Shown here: positions 18,094 to 27,769 of the stretch, one piece after another
How positions within the stretch are numbered: position 1 is the first letter of the stretch
Layout of the letters: every line of letters begins with the position of its first letter
Source: Akkermansia sp.
Lineage (GTDB): Bacteria > Verrucomicrobiota > Verrucomicrobiia > Verrucomicrobiales > Akkermansiaceae
Length of the DNA stretch: 64,000 bases
Assembly: GCA_017409465.1 (NCBI GenBank)
Contig: JAFQSQ010000037.1
Coordinates: forward strand, 9-64,008
Direction: 5' to 3'
Made by a program: the position numbers and the translations under genes
The notes under the pieces: model-generated
Database searches by the model: none
What the model saw: the letters and a program-made list of their open reading frames with translations, nothing else
Told to the model about the DNA's origin: nothing

Positions 18094-19941
18094 TTAAGCC
18101 TTGGCTTCCTCTTCTTCTTTCTTCTCAGGCATCTTGCCGGTGGAGAAGTACTGCTCGATTTCCTCGAGGGTACGGCCCTTGGTTTCCGGCATGAAGAAGG
18201 CGGCGGTGATGAAGTAAATCACGGTGAAGCCGGCCAGAGTGAAGAAGACGGAGGAGTAACCCAGCGCACCGACCCAGGGCAGGAAGACACCTGCGATGGT
18301 GGTGGACACACCCTGGTTGATGAGCAGGGCAATGGCCATACCGTTGGCGCGGATGCGGGTGGGCATCAGCTCAGAGAGAGCCAGCCAGACGCACACGCCG
18401 GGACCGGCAGCGTAGAAGGAGATGAAGACGATGAAGAAGCCGGTGACGAGCCAACCGGTGGTCGGGGAGGGCTTCATGCCGATTTCGGCACGGGTGACGG
18501 TGATTTCCTTCACGGAGCCTTCAGGCAGCGGGGTGCTCCAGAAGCAAATCTTGTCCAGGAAAGTGGGAGCCAGAGCGGTTTCTTTCTTCACGGAGACGGT
18601 GGAGCCCTCAGCTGTATCGGCGCGGAGCTCGGCCACGTCCTGCTTGCTGTCCAGCCCCTGCTGGTAGGTGACGATGAGCTGCATGCCGGGGGCAACGGAT
18701 TCGCCCTGCATGAATTCGGGGTGAGCAGCGGCAACCTCAGACTTGGCAACGGCCTGTTTCACGGCATCAGCCACAGAGATGTTGAGGCTGTTGTCGGAGA
18801 GGGCAGCGGTCACTTCCTTCGTGACATCCACGCGGTTGCTCTCCACGCTGTAGAACATGGCACCCACGCCGCAAAGACCGACGATGATACCCAGCGTGCC
18901 CATCTTGAGCAGGAAAGTGCGGCCTTTCTTGTCCACCAGAGAGACAGCCACGATGGTCATAATCATGTTGACAATCTTGATGGCGAAGTCAGCCCAGTTG
19001 GCCTGAGAGCCTTCCAGACCGGCCTGCTGGAACACCTTCACGGAGTAGTTCAGCACGGAGTTGATACCGGTAGCCTGGGTGCAGGCCAGCACCACCACGG
19101 CCAGAATGAAGGGAATCACGTACTTGCGCTGCAGGAGGGAGTCGCCCTTGGAGGCTTCTTTCATGGCTTCCTTCTGAGCCTTTTCAGCCTCATCGGCAGC
19201 AATCATTTCATCCAGAATATCCTTGGCAGCCACATCACCGTTGTTGGCGGCGAGGGAGAGCAGAGCTTCTTCCTTGCGACCACGGTAGTACAGCCAGCGC
19301 GGGGACTCCTTCAGACGGCAGGCACCCAGCATCAGGATGATACCGGGGATGGCGGAGCACCAGAAAATCGTCTGCCAGGCCATGACCTTGCTCTCGGGGG
19401 TCACGGTCACATCCGTGGCGGCACCCACGAGCATGGTTACCACCAGACCGATGACGGCGGCGAACACCAGACCCACGGTGAGCAGCAGCTGGAACATGCC
19501 GGTACCCTTACCGCGGGAGTTGGCATCCAGACATTCGGCCAGATACATGGGAACAACCACACCGACCAGACCGGCAGAAGCGCCCTGGAGGATACGACCG
19601 CCCATGAGCATGCCAAACAGACCGTTGGAGAAGCAGATAATCGGAATGCTCAGTGTAAACAGGAAAGCGGAGATGATGATGACCTTCTTGCGGCCCAGCC
19701 ATTCGGCCAGCATGCCGGCAAAGAGGGAGGAGAGCACCGAGCCGAACAGCACGGCGGCCACCACGATGGAAATATCCTGTGGGGTGTAACTGGAGGTTGC
19801 CTCAATATAGGGCACAGCGGCGGCAATCACGCCTACGTCAATGCCGTAGAGAAGACCGCCCAGACCTGCCATCACCATCAGGTAGGTGGCGTAGCGTTTC
19901 ACTGAAGCGGGGAGTTCAGTTTTAATAGTATCGGTACTCAT
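18094..19941 (-). CDS. MFS sugar porter family transporter
   Basis: GGLLYGID.GVI, GRKK, PMYLAE, ESPRWL, QATGIN, VDKKGR, SELMP..IR, PETKGRTLEEIE; start at ATG 19941. Confidence 0.92.
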   Translation of the reverse strand: MSTDTIKTELPASVKRYATYLMVMAGLGGLLYGIDVGVIAAAVPYIEATSSYTPQDISIVVAAVLFGSVLSSLFAGMLAEWLGRKKVIIISAFLFTLSIPIICFSNGLFGMLMGGRILQGASAGLVGVVVPMYLAECLDANSRGKGTGMFQLLLTVGLVFAAVIGLVVTMLVGAATDVTVTPESKVMAWQTIFWCSAIPGIILMLGACRLKESPRWLYYRGRKEEALLSLAANNGDVAAKDILDEMIAADEAEKAQKEAMKEASKGDSLLQRKYVIPFILAVVVLACTQATGINSVLNYSVKVFQQAGLEGSQANWADFAIKIVNMIMTIVAVSLVDKKGRTFLLKMGTLGIIVGLCGVGAMFYSVESNRVDVTKEVTAALSDNSLNISVADAVKQAVAKSEVAAAHPEFMQGESVAPGMQLIVTYQQGLDSKQDVAELRADTAEGSTVSVKKETALAPTFLDKICFWSTPLPEGSVKEITVTRAEIGMKPSPTTGWLVTGFFIVFISFYAAGPGVCVWLALSELMPTRIRANGMAIALLINQGVSTTIAGVFLPWVGALGYSSVFFTLAGFTVIYFITAAFFMPETKGRTLEEIEQYFSTGKMPEKKEEEEAKA

Positions 19942-20106
19942 AACGGCGCCTATTATATCAGTTACGCTTGGCTTGGCAATCCTAAATTTCAGATATTCGC
20001 CGTTTTCCGCTACGCTACGCGCGCGAGAGGCTTTGCTCAAGTGAAAGGCACGGCTGCCCATCGGCAGCCGTGCCTTGAAAAAGTCAGTTCAGATGCGAGA
20101 GGTGGC

Positions 20107-21132
20107 TCAGATCTGACCGAAGAGGGTCTTGCCGGCGGAGAGCAGGTCGTCAGCGGCCACCTGCAGACGCTCGCAGATACCCTGCTCGCCCTTCTTGAGG
20201 TAGGAGCGGGGATCGTAGACCTTCTTGTTGCCCACTTCGCCGTCCACCTTGAGCATACCGTCGATGTTCTGGCACATGTGCAGGACGATGGGCTTAGAGA
20301 AGGCATACTGGGTGTCGGTGTCGATGTTCATCTTCACCACGCCGTAGGAGATAGCCTCGCGGATGTCGCAGAGATCGGAACCGGAACCGCCGTGGAACAC
20401 GAGGCGCATGTCGTTGCCGTGCTTCTCCTTCACCACGGCCTGGCCGTCGCGCAGGATGGTGGGCTTGAGCTTCACAGCACCCGGCTTGTACACGCCGTGC
20501 ACGTTGCCGAAGGTGGCGGCGAGCATGAACTCACCCACGCCGTTGAGGGTCTCGTAGGTCATGAGCATATCCTCGGGGGAGGTGTAAAGCTTCTCCTTGG
20601 GAGCGCCGCTGGTGTCAACGCCGTCTTCCTCACCGCCCACAACACCGATCTCGATTTCGAGAACGATACCCAGCTCGGCGCATTCGGCCAGAAGCTGCTT
20701 GGAGAGCTCGAGGTTCTGAGCCATCGGCAGAGCGGAGGCGTCGAGCATGTGAGAGTTGAACAGGGGGCCTTTGCCCTCGGCGATGCGCTTCTTGCTCTCG
20801 GCAAGCAGGGGACGCAGGAAGCTGTCCACCTTGTCAGCCTGGCAGTGGTCAGTGTGCAGGGCGACCAGCACATCGTACTTCTCGGCAAGGCGGTGTGTGG
20901 CCTCGGCCAGCACGATAGCGCCGATGGCGGAATCCTTCACGGCTGTGCCGGAAGCGAACTGACCGCCGCCCAGGGAAACCTGGATGATACCATCGGACTT
21001 GGCCTCAGCAAAAGCCTTGAGAGCGCCGTTGATCACTTCGATGGTGGTGACGTTGACGGCGGGATAGGCATAGCCCTTCTCCTTGGCCGTATCGAGCATC
21101 TTGATGTACTGTTCTTGTGTAGGTACAGGCAT
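20107..21132 (-). CDS. fbaA: class II fructose-bisphosphate aldolase
   Basis: AYPAVNV, LHTDHC, FNSHMLD, GGEEDG, FGNVHGVYKPG, VFHGGSGS, KMNIDTD, YDPR. Confidence 0.96.
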   Translation of the reverse strand: MPVPTQEQYIKMLDTAKEKGYAYPAVNVTTIEVINGALKAFAEAKSDGIIQVSLGGGQFASGTAVKDSAIGAIVLAEATHRLAEKYDVLVALHTDHCQADKVDSFLRPLLAESKKRIAEGKGPLFNSHMLDASALPMAQNLELSKQLLAECAELGIVLEIEIGVVGGEEDGVDTSGAPKEKLYTSPEDMLMTYETLNGVGEFMLAATFGNVHGVYKPGAVKLKPTILRDGQAVVKEKHGNDMRLVFHGGSGSDLCDIREAISYGVVKMNIDTDTQYAFSKPIVLHMCQNIDGMLKVDGEVGNKKVYDPRSYLKKGEQGICERLQVAADDLLSAGKTLFGQI

Positions 21133-21277
21133 GGTACTTGATGTTGTTGGTTAATGTGAGATTGTTTGTTGGTTGCGCACGCGCGGTGCGCACCGTGCAC
21201 AGGCGTATTCTAGCGCAATTCTGGCCGAACGTCAATCGCCAATTTGTGTGTGAGGCGTAAATATAACAAATAAAAAC

Positions 21278-21308
21278 AAAACTCCCGGGTTGACTGGCAA
21301 CCGGGAGC
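21278..21308 (-). terminator. terminator of the tRNA-Tyr/Val operon
   Basis: AAAA-CTCCCGGGTTG-actgg-CAACCGGGAG. Confidence 0.65.
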
Positions 21309-21320
21309 ATATAAGAAATA

Positions 21321-21393
21321 TACGGGGGATAGGACTCGAACCTACGACCTCCACCATGTCAAGGTGTTGCTCTACCAACTGAGCTACCTCCGC
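21321..21393 (-). tRNA. tRNA-Val(GAC)
   Basis: GCGGAGG TA GCTCAGTTGGTAGAGC A ACACC TTGACAT GGTGG AGGTC GTAGG TTCGAGT CCTAT CCCCCGT A; CCA not encoded. Confidence 0.88.
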
Positions 21394-21403
21394 ATTAGTG
21401 GGA

Positions 21404-21486
21404 TGGGCAGGGATGGATTCGAACCATCGAAAGCAAACGCTAGCAGATTTACAGTCTGCCCCCTTTGACCGCTCGGGAACCTACCC
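21404..21486 (-). tRNA. tRNA-Tyr(GTA)
   Basis: GGGTAGG...GCAGA CTGTAAA TCTGC, long variable arm, GGTTCGAATCC, CCTGCCC A. Confidence 0.95.
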
Positions 21487-21560
21487 ACTTGTTTTGCAGG
21501 CCGCTGGTGCGGCGTGCGGCGAGACTTTACACGATTTCTGAAACCAATGCAAGCCTTTTT

Positions 21561-22556
21561 TTAAATTTTTTGTGATTTTTTGTAATTGCGGACAGCGGGG
21601 ATGAGGAAGAGCCCGCCCAGTACCACCACGCCGATGGAGAGGAGTTGCCCCTGGGTGATGCCGTTCCACACGGCGGCATCGGGTTCCTTGAAGCACTCGG
21701 CTGTGATGCGTGCGATGGCATAGAGGAGGCCGAACAGGCAGGCGAAGATGCCTGCGGGGGCGTTTTTCCACTTCAATCGCAGGGTGATGAGGATGATGAA
21801 GATGATGAGGCCCTCCCCCAACGCTTCAAACAGCTGCGACGGATAGCGCGGTGTGAGAAACTGCCCCAGCGTTTCGCGAATGGCTTCGTTATCGCGGCAG
21901 AGGCGGAACAGGGTGTCGTAGAAACCCTCGTTGGGCAGTGCCAGGGAGCGGATGGGGGCGCCGGCTGTCTGCTCGACCGCACGGATGGCCTCCAACTGCT
22001 GCGGTGCGGACAGGGTGGTCAGCTCCATGGGGAATTTCATGGCGATGGGATTGTCGGGCGAGGTGATACGCCCGTACAGTTCGCCGTTGATGAAGTTGGC
22101 GACACGCCCGAAGAACAGGCCTATCGTGCAGACGATGGCCAGACCATCAGTCAGCTCGGCGAATGAGTGGCCGTGCTTGCGGGCGTACCAGAGCGCGACA
22201 CAGACGACGGCGATGATGCCGCCGTGGGAGGCCATGCCGCCCTCCCACACGCGCAGTACCCACAGCGGGTCTGCGCACAGACCGCTCCATCCTTCACGCG
22301 GCAGCCAGTAGAAGAAAAATTCGCCCAGTCGTCCCCCCATCAGCACGCCGCAGATACAGACGGTCGTGATGAAATCGCTCAGTTTGTCGGGCTTGACGCA
22401 GTACAGGTCGCGCCTGGAGAGCTGCAGCAGTACCAGGTATCCCAGTACAAAGCCGGCTACGTAGGCCAGGCCGTACCAACGCAGTGCCAGCGGGGTGCCG
22501 GGGATTTCGAGAAGTACCGGGTCAAGATGGTGAATACAGGTGGTCAGCAGGCTCAT
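21561..22556 (-). CDS. lgt: prolipoprotein diacylglyceryl transferase
   Basis: LRWYGLAY, GGRLG, WEGGMASHGG, GRVANFINGELYGR, RYPSQLFE, TQGQLLS; start at ATG 22556. Confidence 0.95.
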   Translation of the reverse strand: MSLLTTCIHHLDPVLLEIPGTPLALRWYGLAYVAGFVLGYLVLLQLSRRDLYCVKPDKLSDFITTVCICGVLMGGRLGEFFFYWLPREGWSGLCADPLWVLRVWEGGMASHGGIIAVVCVALWYARKHGHSFAELTDGLAIVCTIGLFFGRVANFINGELYGRITSPDNPIAMKFPMELTTLSAPQQLEAIRAVEQTAGAPIRSLALPNEGFYDTLFRLCRDNEAIRETLGQFLTPRYPSQLFEALGEGLIIFIILITLRLKWKNAPAGIFACLFGLLYAIARITAECFKEPDAAVWNGITQGQLLSIGVVVLGGLFLIPAVRNYKKSQKI

Positions 22557-22736
22557 ATGTGTGTGGCTATATAGCATAGAGGGCAGGGGATTGAAAGGCT
22601 AAAGTCTGCCCGTGTCCTGCTTTTATACTGCCCTGATGGGCGTTTCTTTCAAAAAAAATGCCGTTCGCTCAAGTTTCTTCTCGCCAAACGCCGGGCTATT
22701 GTGTATAAGTATAGCACACATCTGACGTTTTTTACC

Positions 22737-23636
22737 ATGATTAAGAAGATTTTTACCTCTCTCGTGGCGGCGGCGCTTTGCTGTCTGCCTGTCGTGTCTG
22801 CGCAATGTGCTGATGCCATCAAGGTGTCGCTGAAGAAGGGGCTGAGCCCCAACGATGTCTCGGCTGTGAGGGTGATGCCTCCCGGTGCTTCCGGGGATTT
22901 CTACCAGACTAAGGATGCCCGCGGCGTCAAGGAGGATTATGCCTACGCCTGGTACATGGTACGTATTCCCCTGCAGGTGGCTGCCAAGAGCAGTTCCGGG
23001 GATCCTCTCTTCGTCGATGAGATGAAGGTGACCGTCTATGTGGCCATGCTCGGTGGTAAGAATGCCGACCGTCCTTTCCTGCTCAAGCGCGAGATTACCT
23101 ACGTGGATGTTCCCCTCAATCCGCGTGCGAATGATGACGGTACCGTCGTCAATGTAGGCGTGTTCCTGTCTCCGCTCGATGCGGCTCGCATCTGTGGTCC
23201 TGAGGAGACATCACCCGATCTGTCCAAGCGTCTGGGAGCTGTGGCGGTGACGGCCAAGTTCCGCGACAGCAGCTGCAACAATACCGCCGGTTCTCCCTCC
23301 CTGGTTGTAGCCCGTGAACTCAAGAGCAAATTCTCCGGTACGTGGTGGAAGAATGAGAAGGCCGGCAGCGCCGGTGCCACGTTGAAGAGCATCGCTGAGA
23401 CCCCCTTTGCTGCATACTACAGCCCGCTGTTCCCGCCCACATCGCCCATGTACGGGTCGGATGGCTCCGCAGCTCCAGCTCCGTCGGCAGATACGACTCC
23501 GACGACGATTACCCCCACCACCGGCGATACGACCCCTCCCGCAGCAGATGATACTACTGCCACCGATACGCCCGCTGAGACCGACAGCACCACCGGCGGT
23601 AAGAAGAAGAAGCGCAAGAATCGTCGGAATAACTGA
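22737..23636 (+). CDS. Amuc_1102-like exported pilus-associated protein
   Basis: Signal peptide, first gene of the cluster, ...IAETPFA motif, Thr/Pro/Asp linker and basic tail; assignment mainly by synteny. Confidence 0.65.
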   Translation: MIKKIFTSLVAAALCCLPVVSAQCADAIKVSLKKGLSPNDVSAVRVMPPGASGDFYQTKDARGVKEDYAYAWYMVRIPLQVAAKSSSGDPLFVDEMKVTVYVAMLGGKNADRPFLLKREITYVDVPLNPRANDDGTVVNVGVFLSPLDAARICGPEETSPDLSKRLGAVAVTAKFRDSSCNNTAGSPSLVVARELKSKFSGTWWKNEKAGSAGATLKSIAETPFAAYYSPLFPPTSPMYGSDGSAAPAPSADTTPTTITPTTGDTTPPAADDTTATDTPAETDSTTGGKKKKRKNRRNN

Positions 23637-23689
23637 TAGGCGGCCGTGCTGCTTTGGAACTCTCTCATTGAATCAACAGAAAAATATTT

Positions 23690-25567
23690 ATGGCTGATTA
23701 TAAGACAACAGTAGCCCTGGAAATCGGCGCTCAGAGCGTCACGATGGGCGTCTTTACTCCGGCCGGGCGTGCCTTTGCGCTTTCGCGCTATGCCCGCAGA
23801 GAAATCCTTCTTGACCCCGTTGAGGAGGGTATGCGTATGGATTACGTCAGCAACGCCATCGGCGAGATGGTGGCAGAGCTGAAGGTGAAGGGAAGCGATG
23901 TTCGGAACGTGGTTTCCGGACAGCAGGTGTTTATGCGCTTCATCAAGCTGCCGGCTATCGAGATGGACGACATCTCAGAGCAGGTGGGGCTGGAGGCTCA
24001 GCAGCACATTCCCTTCCCGATGGAGGACATCGTGTACTCCTACCAGGAGCTTGGCGAACCTGAGGATGGCGAGCGCGAAGTGCTCTTTGTGGCCATGAAG
24101 AAGGATGTGCTGGATAACCTGAACTCGCAGGTCGAGGGCAACAGCCTCAAGACGGTCGCGGTGGACTGCGCCATCACTTCCCTTTACAACGCTTTCTGTG
24201 CCAGCTATCCCGAGGAGACAGAGCCGGTCATGCTCCTGGATATCGGTGCCAAGACTACCGATATCGTCTTCATCGAGGGGGATCGATTCTTCACCCGTTC
24301 TGTCACCGCTGCCGGTGCGTTTGTGACCAACAGCATCGCCCGCGAGTTCGGGGTCAGCTTCCGCGAAGCTGAAAAACTCAAGCTGGAGAACGGTGTCGTC
24401 TCGCTGGGTAATGGTCATACGGATGACATGGATCCCCAGGATGCCGCACTTGCCACGACTATTCGCAATGCCATGAGCCGCCTCAGCTCTGAGGTGCAGC
24501 GCACGGTGAATCACTATCGCTCCCAGTACAAGGGTTCCGCTCCCACCAAGGTTTACATCTGCGGTGGCGGTGCTCGCCTGGCCTATGCGCTGGAGTTCCT
24601 GGAGTCCACCCTTGGTGTTTCCGTAGAGTTCTTCAACCCGCTGCAGGCATTCAATATCGGCAAGAAAGTCGATGAGGAGGCTCTGGAGCAGGATGCCATC
24701 TGCCTCGGCCCGGTGGCCGGTGCCGTGGTGTCCGGTGCAGGGGTCGGTCGTTTCAACATCGATCTGGTGCCTACCAGCGTCGGTCTTGACCGGGCCGAGA
24801 AGGCGCTGCTGCCGAAGGTGGCAGTAGCCGGTGTGCTGGCTCTGGCCGGTGCCGGGTTCTTCGCCTACACGGCAATGGATGCAGCTGACCGCGCTGCGGC
24901 TGCGCTCAAGAAAGCCGCTCCGGCTGATGAGCGTGTGGCAAGCCTGAGCAGCCAGATATCCTCGATGAAGTCTCGGTATGATGCCGAGATGAAGAAGATG
25001 CAGGAGTATGCTGTGATTTACAACGCCCGCTATGCATACGCCGATGTGCTCAAGCAGCTGGCAGACAAGGGGGCTTCCATTAAATTCTGGTTCAACGAGT
25101 TCTCTCCGCTCATCAACTATGATGTGGATAATACCTCCATGACGAACGTGACTGACGTCAAGGGTGTCAAGCTGGTGGATATGAACCGCAGCCGCAGCGG
25201 CAACAGCGATTCTTCCATCAATAAGGCTCCGGAAATCGTCGATCCGAAGAAGCGCAGCAAGGAACCCATGGTCACGGCGATTTATGTCAGCGGTTTCACC
25301 ATCAAGACCCCCGGCGATGAGCGCAGCATGAATCACCGCCAGGCTCTCTATGATTTGGTCGCTCATAACTTCGACGAGCGCAGTGCGGATTCTCTCTTTG
25401 CCTACGAGAATGCAAAGGTGCAGAGCAATCTCAACCACTACTTCCAGTTTGTGGATTCCAACGCAACCAAGGGCAAGATGCCTGACTACGTGGAGAAGTT
25501 CATGATGGTCATGCCGCTCAAGACTCCCATAGCCATTCCTGAACTTGCCGGTGGTGACCGCAAATAA
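23690..25567 (+). CDS. PilM-like actin-fold ATPase fused to a PilN-like TM/coiled-coil region (Amuc_1101-like)
   Basis: ALEIGA, EAQQHIPFP, LLDIGAKTT, EAEKLK, EVQRTVNHY, ICGGGARL, FFNP, IDLVP, followed by a TM segment and coiled coil. Confidence 0.85.
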   Translation: MADYKTTVALEIGAQSVTMGVFTPAGRAFALSRYARREILLDPVEEGMRMDYVSNAIGEMVAELKVKGSDVRNVVSGQQVFMRFIKLPAIEMDDISEQVGLEAQQHIPFPMEDIVYSYQELGEPEDGEREVLFVAMKKDVLDNLNSQVEGNSLKTVAVDCAITSLYNAFCASYPEETEPVMLLDIGAKTTDIVFIEGDRFFTRSVTAAGAFVTNSIAREFGVSFREAEKLKLENGVVSLGNGHTDDMDPQDAALATTIRNAMSRLSSEVQRTVNHYRSQYKGSAPTKVYICGGGARLAYALEFLESTLGVSVEFFNPLQAFNIGKKVDEEALEQDAICLGPVAGAVVSGAGVGRFNIDLVPTSVGLDRAEKALLPKVAVAGVLALAGAGFFAYTAMDAADRAAAALKKAAPADERVASLSSQISSMKSRYDAEMKKMQEYAVIYNARYAYADVLKQLADKGASIKFWFNEFSPLINYDVDNTSMTNVTDVKGVKLVDMNRSRSGNSDSSINKAPEIVDPKKRSKEPMVTAIYVSGFTIKTPGDERSMNHRQALYDLVAHNFDERSADSLFAYENAKVQSNLNHYFQFVDSNATKGKMPDYVEKFMMVMPLKTPIAIPELAGGDRK

Positions 25568-25590
25568 AAGCATCAATCTTACTTCCGTAT

Positions 25591-26511
25591 ATGAATATCA
25601 GTGAAAATAAACGAGTGGTAGCCCTTTCTGCTGTGTTTGCTCTGGCATTCGGTGGGCTGGCCTACCTTGGCTTCAGCAAGACTCAGGAGTTTGCTCAGAC
25701 GCAGGCTCAGCTTGATGAAATCAATAACCGTTTTCAGGACTACGAATCCGCACAATTTACTCCGACCCGCGAGACGCTCGACCGCCTTCGCAAGGCTGTG
25801 CAGCAGGTGAAGGATGTGAATAAGGAGATGCAGGACGACATGGATCGCTACGCCGCATGCTGCTTTGGCGATGGTAAGCAGATTTCTGCCCAGGATTTCC
25901 AGAACCAGCTGCGCGACTCCATCTCCAGGATTGACCAGCTGGCCAAGTCCAAGGGAGCTATCGTCGGAGCTCCCGCTGCAGACCTCGGTTTTGCAGCGTT
26001 CAAGAACGCTGCACCGGTGAAGGATGATGTGCCCTTCCGCAGTTTCCAGCTCAAGGCGGTGGAGCGTGTGTCTCAGATTATTCTGAACTCCGGCGCCGTC
26101 GCTCTGGATAAGGTGTATTGCGCCCCGCTGCCTCCTGAGGCTGCTGAAGCCGGCAAGCCGAACAGCCGCAAGGCCAAGGCTCACTTCCCGCTTTCCTTCG
26201 AGGTGGCTCTTGAGGTGCGCCGCGGGGCTCTGCCGACGATTATCAACAGCATCGTCGCTGATAAGGATTTCATGCTGACTATCACCGGTGTCTCCGTGCG
26301 CGGTATGGAATCTCTGCCTCATATCGACCCTTACGCCGCTCCGGGAGCTCCTTCTTCCCAGGGTGAGGATGTCGGCTCTGAATCCGCGGCTCCTGCCGAG
26401 GAGAGCTCATCCCGCGTCGTGGCGGTGCGTAAGACCGGCCTCCCCGAGGAAACCGCTCGTGTGCATTTCAATCTGCAGGTGCGCTATTTCAACCCTGCCA
26501 AGACTAAGTAA
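25591..26511 (+). CDS. Amuc_1100-like protein (PilO-like position)
   Basis: N-terminal TM, coiled coil, LGFAAF, FPLSFEV, GLPEE..VHFNL; about 306 aa, follows the PilM-like gene. Confidence 0.75.
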   Translation: MNISENKRVVALSAVFALAFGGLAYLGFSKTQEFAQTQAQLDEINNRFQDYESAQFTPTRETLDRLRKAVQQVKDVNKEMQDDMDRYAACCFGDGKQISAQDFQNQLRDSISRIDQLAKSKGAIVGAPAADLGFAAFKNAAPVKDDVPFRSFQLKAVERVSQIILNSGAVALDKVYCAPLPPEAAEAGKPNSRKAKAHFPLSFEVALEVRRGALPTIINSIVADKDFMLTITGVSVRGMESLPHIDPYAAPGAPSSQGEDVGSESAAPAEESSSRVVAVRKTGLPEETARVHFNLQVRYFNPAKTK

Positions 26512-26533
26512 CTCTTAACCTGATTTCTGAACA

Positions 26534-27667
26534 ATGGCTGATACTTCCAATCCCGGTAAGCAGGCGCTCATCATTGGTGCCGTTCTTGGTATCGCGGCTG
26601 CGGCATACGGTGGTTATTTCATGAGCACCAGTGAGGTGAACATGCCTGCGACTGTTGTCACCGGCTCCGGCAAGGCTGATGGCCTTACCGTACAGGCTGA
26701 TGCTCTCCGTGAGTCTGTCAAGATGGAGCGTCTCGTCAAGGACTGCGCTCCTGAAGGTGCCTTAATCAACGGTAAACCGCGTCTGGCGCCGATCTTTTTC
26801 TCAACCGAGCTCTGGCAGATTACGCTGGACAGCGCCCAGAAGAATACCATCATCGATATCCACGACCCCAAGGCCACCAATATCCATGGGGATGTGCCTA
26901 ACTCCTGGTTCCTTTCCAATGGCCTGGCTGATGCCCTCGGCCGCTCTGATGGCCTGAGCATCGACAGCGATTCTGACGGCTTCTCCAATGCTGAGGAGTT
27001 TGCGTCGGAGACTCGCCCGATGGATGCCGCCAGTTACCCCAACCTGGTGGGCAAGGCCGGTGTTCCCAAGCTTGAGGTCGTCAAGGTGGAGACCGCCAGG
27101 GCTTTTCTCATGGTCGAAAATATGTTTGCTTCGGATGCCAAGCCGGAAACCGCCGGCCTGCGCGTCTATGCCAAGGATTCCGATACCAAACCCATCTGCA
27201 AGAAGACACTCAAGGTCGGCGATTCGTTTGGTTTGACCGATAAGGGACCGCAAACCCGTTTCACCGTAGTCGGATTTGAGAAAAAAGACTTCCCGGATTT
27301 CACCGGAGCCATGTCACCCGAAAATGTCGTGCGTATCCGCGATAACGAGACGGCCGCCAAGGATAAGGAGTTTGTCATCCGTGCCGGTAAGTCCACCTCT
27401 CCCAAGGAGAAGGGGACACCTAACGAAAAGGGGCGTCGTATCAGCGATACGACCGCCACTCTTCGCGTGACTGCCGGCTCTGCGCTCGGAAAACCCGAGG
27501 GTACATTCAAGGTCGCTCTCTATGATACCTTTGATGTTCCCGGCGGTATTTCTACCGGTGAGAAGATGTCGGCAACTCTCGAAACTATCGATGCTTCCGG
27601 GAGCGTCAACATCCGGCTCGATGGTGCCGAAAGTCCCATAAACGTGCCGAAGACTGCCAAAAAATAA
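26534..27667 (+). CDS. Amuc_1099-like pilus-system protein
   Basis: N-terminal TM, HGDVPNSWF, DSDSDGFSNAEE Ca-binding-like motif; lies between the Amuc_1100-like gene and the secretin. Confidence 0.7.
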   Translation: MADTSNPGKQALIIGAVLGIAAAAYGGYFMSTSEVNMPATVVTGSGKADGLTVQADALRESVKMERLVKDCAPEGALINGKPRLAPIFFSTELWQITLDSAQKNTIIDIHDPKATNIHGDVPNSWFLSNGLADALGRSDGLSIDSDSDGFSNAEEFASETRPMDAASYPNLVGKAGVPKLEVVKVETARAFLMVENMFASDAKPETAGLRVYAKDSDTKPICKKTLKVGDSFGLTDKGPQTRFTVVGFEKKDFPDFTGAMSPENVVRIRDNETAAKDKEFVIRAGKSTSPKEKGTPNEKGRRISDTTATLRVTAGSALGKPEGTFKVALYDTFDVPGGISTGEKMSATLETIDASGSVNIRLDGAESPINVPKTAKK

Positions 27668-27769
27668 TGATTTTTTCGGTTTCTTTCAAAAAAAACGGAC
27701 ATAAAAGCGAGAAAAATAAAAAGTAGACTTTACATCGAAATAGATTTCTGTCATAAATATAGCATTACC

